Part shown: positions 55,900 to 64,000 of the stretch, piece by piece
Layout: each line of letters opens with the position of its first letter
Position numbering within the stretch: position 1 is the first letter of the stretch
IMG/VR virus record: IMGVR_UViG_3300022305_001387
Span: 1 to 64,000 of that record
DNA length: 64,000 bases
Direction: 5' to 3' (one strand)
DNA from: a virus
Taxonomy: Duplodnaviria; Heunggongvirae; Uroviricota; Caudoviricetes
The notes under the pieces: model-generated
Database searches by the model: none
Seen by the model: the letters and a program-made list of their open reading frames with translations, nothing else
Told to the model about the DNA's origin: nothing
Made by a program: the position numbers and the translations under genes

Positions 55900-56676
55900 T
55901 TAAAATGTACCAAGACCAAGGAAATCACTTCCTGCTGTATTTGATTGGCCTGTATTTTGTGTTGATAATAATTGATTTTGAACGTTTGTTTGAATTGTTG
56001 ATATATTTGCTATTAACATTGGATCAATATCATCTGATATTAAAAAACCATAAGATGTTGCTCCAGGTGATTTCTTAAATTGTAATATAATATTTTGTTC
56101 ATCTTTTATTTTTTTTACAAATACAACAGTATCTATATTCTCTGGATTTGTTATAAAGATTGAATTTAGTGTATCCAAAGTATTAATACGAACTAGCCCA
56201 TCAGAATATGTCGTTACCACTGATTCTACTGTTAATTCTTGTATAGATCCATTTGTCGATCTTATTACTATCTTATCAGCAGGATTTATAAAAAATGGTT
56301 CATTTATATCTAGATATTTTTGATAAAGACTAGAAGTAACAAGAGATACATTGCCACCTGAACCTGATTCAAAATAAGGAATTTGATAATAACTTGAACC
56401 GTAAAAAGAAGATATGCTATAGTTTAAAATTAATTGATTTGGTGCTAGTGTGCCTGTTATAAAATTTCCGTATGTTACACTTGATGTTGCATATGGATAT
56501 GCTCCATTTAAAGGGGGAACTATATTCACAGTTAAACTGCCTTCTCCAAAAGACGCAGTATAGTTTTTAGAAGTTGGTAGATTTTCACTAATAAATTCAA
56601 AAGTGATTTTATCATTTGGTAGCAACTGTCCTGCAGTTGTATCTATTGAAAATGTATATGATCCTGAGTATGCCAT
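55900..56676 (-). CDS. structural hypothetical protein (258 aa)
   Basis: Abuts the giant gene (shared coordinate 56676). Confidence 0.5.
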   Translation of the reverse strand: MAYSGSYTFSIDTTAGQLLPNDKITFEFISENLPTSKNYTASFGEGSLTVNIVPPLNGAYPYATSSVTYGNFITGTLAPNQLILNYSISSFYGSSYYQIPYFESGSGGNVSLVTSSLYQKYLDINEPFFINPADKIVIRSTNGSIQELTVESVVTTYSDGLVRINTLDTLNSIFITNPENIDTVVFVKKIKDEQNIILQFKKSPGATSYGFLISDDIDPMLIANISTIQTNVQNQLLSTQNTGQSNTAGSDFLGLGTF

Positions 56677-59600
56677 TATAAACGTACGCCTAAAGTAAAA
56701 TATGGGTTAGTAATTATTGTTGATCCATTTGCATCTGTTACGCCTTGAAAAAGATCTATGTATTCCGTAAGTCCTATATCAGATAAAGTTATATAACCAT
56801 TAGCCGTTTGAGCTAAATGACGTGTATCAAATGCTGCTCCTCCTGGATATGACCAAAATTTAAAATTCACAATCACAAATGGAGTAGTACCACTACTACG
56901 AACATTTGGTGGATTAGGTGCTTGAGGACTTGGAATTATAGGTGTAAACGTAGTCCATGTAGTAGGAGAATTTGGATTATCAAAACTATTATTTGCATAA
57001 TTAAGATTATTATCAATATCTCGATATGGCATCAAATAGTCTGCTTTGCCTTGATTATACATAAATTGTATTGCAATACTTGCAGTATATTGTCCTGCAG
57101 GCATCCAATATTTTCCATTATAACTAAATCTATCTGTTCCAATATATTCAGCAGAAAATCTAATTCTTTTTGTAGAATTTGGATCTTGATTCATAGTAAC
57201 TCTCCAATTACTATAATTTTGAACTGAGCTTGGAATTCCAATAGGTATATCTATTGGTAAACCTGAACTTGCGTTGCTAAATACATAGTTTTTAGAAGAT
57301 ATTATTATATCGTTTTTCTTTATTAAAAATGTTACAGATCCTGATTGTGTATCATCACTAACTTCATAATTAAATGGTAAATTAACTTTTATATTATAGT
57401 CTCCTGGTGCCACAATTGAATATGTCGGGCTTTGAACATCTCCACCAGCTCCACCATTTCCAAATCCGGGCGTATATGCATTAGCAGGATCGCTTATATC
57501 ATTATTAAAAATATTATATATAGATTGAGTTGTACTGATACCGGTAGGTTCAAATATGTAGTATGGACTAATAGCTCCACTTCCACTTATGAATCTGTTA
57601 TTTACTGAACCGGTTGGGTCAGGATTATTAGAAGCTTCATTTCCAACGTCTGGAGCATTGGTGAAATTGAAGTATACTTTTTTATCTTGAGTATTTGAAA
57701 AATAAACAATTGGAGTATAGCTATATCCGCTTTCAAAAATATTTTTTATTCCGTCTGTATTTTTTTGATTACTATATTTTGTATTATCAAATTGTTTTAC
57801 TGTAAGATCTTTACCTGATTTAAATATATTTTGAACCTCAAACCAGTTTTTATTCTCTAAATTTAATTCATATAAGCCGCTTATATTATCTACTAAATAA
57901 ACTAATTTAGCATTCACTTTTCCTGAGAAAAACGAACTTGTGGACATTTGTGTAAATAGAGCTATTTTTTTAGATCGTCTTTCGATAACCGAATAATTTC
58001 CATAAGATGTATCTCCTTTCCAATTTTTAGAAGAAGTAGAATATACATTATAGTAAAGAGCTTCTAATTTAGATCCATAGTATCTAGGAATAGTACTTCT
58101 TTGTATATAGTAATTATAGTCTTGCACATATGCATACGGCGTATTTATATCATTATATGTAGATTCATTATTAACTAGAGATCTTGATATTGTATTCTGT
58201 ATCGTAGATATATTTACTGGTGTTATTGGATTAGTTGAATAATCTACGTCTAAAAATCTTTTAGATCTTTCTGCATTTACTACATTTTGATAAATTGCAG
58301 ATCTTTGTATAGATATTGGAGATGTTCTAGCATCAGTATTTTGAGAAAAAAATACTGTATCGCCAAAATAAGTTCCTTGAGAATTACCATTTAGTGTAAC
58401 TGAATTAAGAATAGTTGGATTATTTGATGGTTCTTTTTGACTAAATTCATTAGAATCTATTGCACTAAATTCAGTATTTTGAAATTCTCCTGTATATTTC
58501 TCAAAACCAAAAGAACTTGTATACGGCACATATCCTATTGAAGTAGGTATATTTTTATTTGTTGTCGTATTAATTGTATAAGAAGTAGCATGATCTCCAG
58601 AAATATTTACCATATCTATAGATTGAGTAAATATATCAATACTCATAGATGGCTCATGCCTTGCATACTTATTTCTTTCTAAAATATGTGGCTTAATAAT
58701 TATTCCAGATGATACAGTAGATCTTGCAGGAACAAAATCTTTTACCATCTTAAATAGTGAATTATTATAATACTTTATAAGTCTAATATATTCCCAAACA
58801 TTGTGCTTTTTATCATATGTTGAGAAATAAGTATTTTTTTGAGACTCTAAAGAAGGATAACTATTTAGATATTGATCCGCAGGATTTCCTATTAAATTAT
58901 CTATATTAAAATAACCTAGAGAAGAAGATATTTCTCTATTTAATTGATCAGCTGGAGAGAACCCTATTTCTACTACTGGTGTATTTTGTCTATTATCATC
59001 ATCAAAATATTGAAGAGTAGAATATGGAGATAAAACTGATTGAGATAATTCTAGACTTTGACTAATAATTCTGATCTTATCATTATTTATATCAACAACG
59101 CCTATTTTATCGAATCTATCATATCCTCCAAATTGATTTATGGTTAATATATCGCTTGGTATTCCATAACAAGAAATAAGAGCTTTTACTCCTCTTTCTG
59201 TGCCTCTTGTTTTTAATAGATACGGCAAGTTGTGATATATTCTTTTATATATCTCTTTTTGAATTTGATCATATGGTAGTGTATCGTAACTAGATGTTAC
59301 ATATGTTTTTATTACTTCAGATCCAGTTGGCGGTAATAATGTGCCTGATTGACCTATACCGAATAATGTATAATAAACGTTATCTGACAGATTAGTATTT
59401 GTATAAAGTTCTATTCCAAAACTTTTTATTGAATCAGCCACTAAGTCTAAAGATATGCCGGTTTTTGGATTATTTGTTGCATTATATCTATTAGAAACAT
59501 CTTTATAGTATACCCAAATATTATCAAAGTGTTGACCAATCATATTGATAAAAGTTCCATATGGAGCATTATCTGGATCATCTGTTAGATATGATGGCAC

Positions 59601-60863
59601 GCTATTAACCAAATTGTCTATATTACTATTATCATACGAAGATGCTGAATACAACATAGACATGGCAGCTCCTAAAGGCAATTGATCTTCAGATCCTATC
59701 CAATCTATTGCTTGAGAAGATGTTACTGAATATAATTGATATGGTTTTTTTGTAGTGCTTTTTGGCCAAGCAAACGATTCTGAGGTATAATATAGATAAT
59801 AGTCGTAGATGTCAAATTTATTTATTATACTGTCTATATTATTTTGTAAAATTTGAACAGATGAAGATACAACACTAGAATTTCCAGATATAGATTGTTG
59901 ACTATTTATTTGACCATAATAAGATTCTATTAAACTTAATTTATATTGAAAGTTTTTTAATCTCTCTGTTGCGCTTGAAAAATGTACAAAGTTAGAAAAA
60001 TCACTATAATCTATATTTATCGAAATTGATTTATCATCATAATACGACATTAGCTGCTGCATTGAAGATGATGTATTTGCAGAAAATAGACTATTGTAAT
60101 TATAATAAGGCGTTGTTTGGCCTATTTTTTCAATTATTTTTACATTATAATTAGGGCCTCTTAATGCAAATTGCTGATTTATATCTTCCGCTTCTATTTG
60201 AATATCTACAAGATATTCTACAGATTGAGATAATTTATCTACCATCCAAAGAGTAGATTTTATATCGTAGTCGAATGGAAGAGGTTCATATAACTTAATT
60301 AATATGTATGGATTTCCATCAGTATCTTCTATGTATGCTGCATTAACAGCGAGTATTAGATTATTATTTCCAAAATTTAAATAAAAATCAGAATAATAAT
60401 TTTTTGTAGTTATATAAGATTGGAATGATTGAATTCCAGATCTCATTGCATCTCCAGATATGGTTTGAGAGGTAAGCTTTATTTCTTTTCTACTTGGAGA
60501 AATATCTTTTATCCAATATCTAGCTGCTGTTGAAGATGCAAATAAAGTCTTTAAAAAATTGTATTGTATATTTACTCGACCTCTAGTGTATCCTGAAGAT
60601 TTAGCATCTGCTTCTGGATCTAAAACTATTGATGAGTATTTTGATGTGCCTAATGCCGCAAGATCACCTAAAGAGTATCCTTGAAAATTATAATCAGAAT
60701 CTAATAATGTATTTATTTCATCGTATATAAAACGCTCTACATAATCATTTGTATCACCAAAAGAAGAATTAATATAATTAACCCTTATAAGATTGTCGTC
60801 TACTGATGAATAATCAGAAACCTTTATGCCTTCTCCTAAAAAATTTACATTTACAATCTCCAT
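56676..60863 (-). CDS. giant virion structural protein (1395 aa)
   Basis: Uninterrupted 4.2-kb ORF in the structural block; S/N/Y-rich. Confidence 0.7.
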   Translation of the reverse strand: MEIVNVNFLGEGIKVSDYSSVDDNLIRVNYINSSFGDTNDYVERFIYDEINTLLDSDYNFQGYSLGDLAALGTSKYSSIVLDPEADAKSSGYTRGRVNIQYNFLKTLFASSTAARYWIKDISPSRKEIKLTSQTISGDAMRSGIQSFQSYITTKNYYSDFYLNFGNNNLILAVNAAYIEDTDGNPYILIKLYEPLPFDYDIKSTLWMVDKLSQSVEYLVDIQIEAEDINQQFALRGPNYNVKIIEKIGQTTPYYNYNSLFSANTSSSMQQLMSYYDDKSISINIDYSDFSNFVHFSSATERLKNFQYKLSLIESYYGQINSQQSISGNSSVVSSSVQILQNNIDSIINKFDIYDYYLYYTSESFAWPKSTTKKPYQLYSVTSSQAIDWIGSEDQLPLGAAMSMLYSASSYDNSNIDNLVNSVPSYLTDDPDNAPYGTFINMIGQHFDNIWVYYKDVSNRYNATNNPKTGISLDLVADSIKSFGIELYTNTNLSDNVYYTLFGIGQSGTLLPPTGSEVIKTYVTSSYDTLPYDQIQKEIYKRIYHNLPYLLKTRGTERGVKALISCYGIPSDILTINQFGGYDRFDKIGVVDINNDKIRIISQSLELSQSVLSPYSTLQYFDDDNRQNTPVVEIGFSPADQLNREISSSLGYFNIDNLIGNPADQYLNSYPSLESQKNTYFSTYDKKHNVWEYIRLIKYYNNSLFKMVKDFVPARSTVSSGIIIKPHILERNKYARHEPSMSIDIFTQSIDMVNISGDHATSYTINTTTNKNIPTSIGYVPYTSSFGFEKYTGEFQNTEFSAIDSNEFSQKEPSNNPTILNSVTLNGNSQGTYFGDTVFFSQNTDARTSPISIQRSAIYQNVVNAERSKRFLDVDYSTNPITPVNISTIQNTISRSLVNNESTYNDINTPYAYVQDYNYYIQRSTIPRYYGSKLEALYYNVYSTSSKNWKGDTSYGNYSVIERRSKKIALFTQMSTSSFFSGKVNAKLVYLVDNISGLYELNLENKNWFEVQNIFKSGKDLTVKQFDNTKYSNQKNTDGIKNIFESGYSYTPIVYFSNTQDKKVYFNFTNAPDVGNEASNNPDPTGSVNNRFISGSGAISPYYIFEPTGISTTQSIYNIFNNDISDPANAYTPGFGNGGAGGDVQSPTYSIVAPGDYNIKVNLPFNYEVSDDTQSGSVTFLIKKNDIIISSKNYVFSNASSGLPIDIPIGIPSSVQNYSNWRVTMNQDPNSTKRIRFSAEYIGTDRFSYNGKYWMPAGQYTASIAIQFMYNQGKADYLMPYRDIDNNLNYANNSFDNPNSPTTWTTFTPIIPSPQAPNPPNVRSSGTTPFVIVNFKFWSYPGGAAFDTRHLAQTANGYITLSDIGLTEYIDLFQGVTDANGSTIITNPYFTLGVRL

Positions 60864-60881
60864 TAAGATAACTTCTTTTTA

Positions 60882-61220
60882 TTATTTTGTTATGTTACTT
60901 ATAGTTAAATAAGTTTCACTTAAGTCTATTATTTGTTGTTTCAACGTATTAATCTCTTCTATTAGAGCTCTTTTTTCTTCATCTATAACTTCTGTTCCAA
61001 GATATTGGCTGCTTCTTTCTACAAGTGTTGTATGAGAATTAGTGCCTGTTATTGGAATATCATAAAACAATTGATTATATAATCTAAAAAGATCATTAAT
61101 ATCTAGTGAAATTGTAGGAGTAGTAATTACAGGTTTTACAAATTCAGTAAAATCAACGTCTACTACATTTCTATACGTATTTATTCCACGTATTTCTTTT
61201 ACTAGTCCTATTTTTTCCAT
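60882..61220 (-). CDS. structural hypothetical protein (112 aa)
   Basis: ORF in track. Confidence 0.5.
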   Translation of the reverse strand: MEKIGLVKEIRGINTYRNVVDVDFTEFVKPVITTPTISLDINDLFRLYNQLFYDIPITGTNSHTTLVERSSQYLGTEVIDEEKRALIEEINTLKQQIIDLSETYLTISNITK

Positions 61221-62278
61221 TATCTAGTTATTTTAAAAATATCACCGTTATCAATAACTATCGTCTCTCCAGAATTTAATACAGTTTTGATTAATATTTT
61301 ATAATATCTTTCAGGTTCTAATCCCGACATATAAATATTAAAATAATTTCCTTCTGTATCGCAGCTTACTTTTGTATATTGATTATCGAAATCTATTATT
61401 GTATCTTCTGTTTTTACGTCTTTAACTGACCAATATGAACTGCTTGGCAATCTTTTATTAGTTGTATATAAAGAAGATGTAGTAAAAACTCTAGCAGGAT
61501 ATGTATCTCTTGCAGAAACTCTAAATTGAAATTTATCAGTAGTATTTTTAACTATATCAGGATTATTTGAAACATGAATAGTTGATCTATTTGAAGTGAC
61601 TTCTACAAGAGATCCAGTAATATATGAGCTATCATCCCAACGTACTTCTAAACATGGAGGATATATAGTTGGACTATCTACACTATAAAAATTAAGTTTT
61701 ATATAACTGCCTGAATAATTTTCTATTGATGATGAATGCTTAAGTATAAATCCATAATTATTTGCTCCATTAAACCAATTAGTAACTATAGGTGTAACTA
61801 AAGCATTAATATCTTTTTCATCTTTATAATCAAAAGATTGAGAACATTTAGTGTTCCATGATCCACCACCAGGAGTTATATAATAAGATGGAGAAGACCA
61901 ATTATTAGAAGCGCTAACATATGAAGAAGTATTATACCAAGAAACTCCATTTCTTATTTCAGGACTTGCAATAAATTTTCCAGTTCCCATAGTCCAAAAA
62001 TCAGAAATTTGATTTATTTCTATTTTATAAGTAGTTGAAAGATTTTCTGCATTAGACAAATATAATTTTAAATATGCATCCCAAGATCCTGATTTTAGGT
62101 TTTTAATTTTTTGAATATCATCATTGGAAAATAAAATTAAAGATCTTCTAATATTATCAGAGCTTTGATTATTATTTAAAACAGATACTTCAAGAAGTTC
62201 ATCTAACCCTGTATTTTTTGAGGGATAATAAGAATAAATCGATGCGTCAGCAGTAGGAAATATTTTATATATTGCCAT
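61220..62278 (-). CDS. structural hypothetical protein (352 aa)
   Basis: ORF in track. Confidence 0.55.
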   Translation of the reverse strand: MAIYKIFPTADASIYSYYPSKNTGLDELLEVSVLNNNQSSDNIRRSLILFSNDDIQKIKNLKSGSWDAYLKLYLSNAENLSTTYKIEINQISDFWTMGTGKFIASPEIRNGVSWYNTSSYVSASNNWSSPSYYITPGGGSWNTKCSQSFDYKDEKDINALVTPIVTNWFNGANNYGFILKHSSSIENYSGSYIKLNFYSVDSPTIYPPCLEVRWDDSSYITGSLVEVTSNRSTIHVSNNPDIVKNTTDKFQFRVSARDTYPARVFTTSSLYTTNKRLPSSSYWSVKDVKTEDTIIDFDNQYTKVSCDTEGNYFNIYMSGLEPERYYKILIKTVLNSGETIVIDNGDIFKITR

Positions 62279-62301
62279 TTTTATGTTTTATTATAATTAT
62301 T

Positions 62302-63912
62302 TTAATAAGCAACTACTTTGCCTTGAATATCTGTATTAAGATATTTTATTTCAAAGATTGATGGATCTAAAGATGGATATATAACATTTTTAAGTGTAGC
62401 GCCTTTTATATCATATGCATATTTAGAATATCCACTAGACTCTCCAACTTTATTGACTATTTCAACTGTTGAAACTGTTTGTACACCATCTATTTGATCT
62501 AATAATGAATATACATTAGATAATATTATTGGTTGATTTATTTGCCAATTCGCTATGTTAAAATAATCTTTTAATGCAGTTATACATCTAGCAATTACAT
62601 CTTGACCTGAGAAACTTGGACGAATTATTATTTCAAAGTTGCATCCTATGTTTATTATATAAGCATTTTTTATATTAATTGCATCAGTTAATAATTTATA
62701 TTCATTCAAATATGTTTTTAAGTTTTGCAATAATGCTGGTGATGTGTTGGCTAGATTTGCATTTATATTATAGCTTAAAACATAAAGTGTTATTAGTAAT
62801 GGATCTTTTTGATAGTTAGTACCATCCGTATAGCTATTAAATATAGCATCATCTTTTGTGACAAATATTTTAGATATTTTACCAAATTTAGCAGGCATTG
62901 CAGTAACTCTTGACATATAGTCTTGTTGAGTAACTGCTCTCATTTGACTTGAGAATTGAGAAAGCGTATTATATCTTAATTCTTCTGTGGTTTCTCCATC
63001 GCCGCCTCCGGCAGCAGGATTTGGATTATCAATTACAACAGTATTAACTCTTGATGGAGATCCAATAGAAGTAGCAGAAATACTTGTTACTCTATTTAAT
63101 TGATTTGATAAAACATTAGAAGCAGCTCCACCGCCAGTAAGATAACTTACAGTTAGTGTAGTATTTTTTGGTACTAATCCATAAGTTTGTGTTACTACGA
63201 AATTAGTAGGATCGAATGCCGTTGTCAAAAAAGATAGTCCATCAATAGAGCCTAAGCTTGCACTCATTGGAATAGGCAGGATCTGATTATCAGCCTTTGT
63301 ACTATCGATTCCAGAACCAAATTCTAATAAAAGAGTTCCATTAGATAAAAATCTAGATGTAAATCTTCTTGGAACTGATAGCTTTTCAATCATATAAGGA
63401 ACCTGATTATTATATTGATAAAGATCAGGATAGTTTGAGGCAATGTTTGCAACTGGATTAAGTATATAATCTTGAGCGAGATATGGAACTTCGTACCATT
63501 TCTTACCATCGCTATCTACAACACTAACAATTTCTATTATATTAGAGTCCTGAATAGCTATAGATGGAAATCTATCAGAATTTCCAAAAGAATAATTTGA
63601 AGATTTTAATTGACCAGATATTGCTTTAATAGATTTTTTCAATAAAAAAGTATCAGGTCTTCCAGCTGTTGTTGAATATACAGTAATATCAGTTGGATTC
63701 ATAGATGATGACATAGTGAAATCTATTTTTTCAGGTACATAGAAACCAATACCTTGATTTACACCCGATCCTACTTGCATGCCTTCTGATATTGTTAAAG
63801 CATAGTCAAAATCAGGATTCCAATTAGATCCATTTTGTTTTGCTAATACAGTTTGATATACATCTAAATCTACAACAGCTGCTGATGTTATTTTTGGTCT
63901 ATATCCTAACAT
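62302..63912 (-). CDS. baseplate/tail structural protein (536 aa; N-terminus may extend upstream)
   Basis: Long ORF; reading frame stays open upstream of the ATG towards the window edge. Confidence 0.55.
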   Translation of the reverse strand: MLGYRPKITSAAVVDLDVYQTVLAKQNGSNWNPDFDYALTISEGMQVGSGVNQGIGFYVPEKIDFTMSSSMNPTDITVYSTTAGRPDTFLLKKSIKAISGQLKSSNYSFGNSDRFPSIAIQDSNIIEIVSVVDSDGKKWYEVPYLAQDYILNPVANIASNYPDLYQYNNQVPYMIEKLSVPRRFTSRFLSNGTLLLEFGSGIDSTKADNQILPIPMSASLGSIDGLSFLTTAFDPTNFVVTQTYGLVPKNTTLTVSYLTGGGAASNVLSNQLNRVTSISATSIGSPSRVNTVVIDNPNPAAGGGDGETTEELRYNTLSQFSSQMRAVTQQDYMSRVTAMPAKFGKISKIFVTKDDAIFNSYTDGTNYQKDPLLITLYVLSYNINANLANTSPALLQNLKTYLNEYKLLTDAINIKNAYIINIGCNFEIIIRPSFSGQDVIARCITALKDYFNIANWQINQPIILSNVYSLLDQIDGVQTVSTVEIVNKVGESSGYSKYAYDIKGATLKNVIYPSLDPSIFEIKYLNTDIQGKVVAY

Positions 63913-64000
63913 ATACGCTAATGTGTAAAGATTATTAGGCTGTTTAGCGTATTGTAAAAAACTTTCTTGGATTTGATTATCTAAATAAAAAGATAGTACA

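Noticed and set aside
1-64000. CRISPR array, integrase/attachment site, rRNA
   Set aside because: No regularly spaced direct repeats with unique spacers, no tyrosine/serine recombinase motifs and no rRNA-like sequences were seen; the direct repeats present are gene-boundary or promoter modules.

Overview
AT-rich (~30-35% GC) 64-kb window that reads as part of a large tailed dsDNA phage, or phage-derived element, of a Bacteroidota (Flavobacteriia-like) host. Coordinates 1-51,544 form an almost uninterrupted plus-strand array of >100 mostly small, tightly packed genes, many overlapping by ATGA or 1-17 nt. Most are preceded by a conserved A-rich tract followed by AAGTTATG and have no Shine-Dalgarno sequence. 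Coordinates 51,700-64,000 form a convergent minus-strand block of virion structural genes: baseplate-, tail- and fibre-like proteins rich in S/T/N/G, including a 1395-aa giant protein. Products I can recognise from sequence: thioredoxin (CGPC), a calcineurin-like Ser/Thr phosphatase, UV-damage endonuclease UvdE, an SPFH/band-7 protein, a ParB-like nuclease-domain protein, HNH-like and GIY-YIG-like endonucleases, two small HExxH proteins, a DUF932-like protein, and a 1649-aa repeat-containing fibre followed by two LamG-like paralogs and a FISUMP (TIGR02145-like) domain protein. An island of signal-peptide proteins at 41.1-46.4 kb looks host-derived: a T9SS type-B C-terminal sorting domain protein, a PKD-repeat protein, an OmpA-family protein, an L,D-transpeptidase-like protein and a lipoprotein. 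Non-coding content is notable. A cluster of four tRNA or tRNA-like genes lies at 36.88-37.79 kb, three of them paralogous with abnormally long interiors. A ~120-250 nt intergenic promoter/UTR module is repeated four times. A 19-nt gene-boundary repeat is repeated four times. C-tract clusters and a GC-rich, probably structured, element occur in this AT-rich background. No CRISPR array, integrase, reverse transcriptase, rRNA or recognisable replication genes were found in the window. All protein calls are by-eye motif recognition and need HMM/BLAST confirmation.
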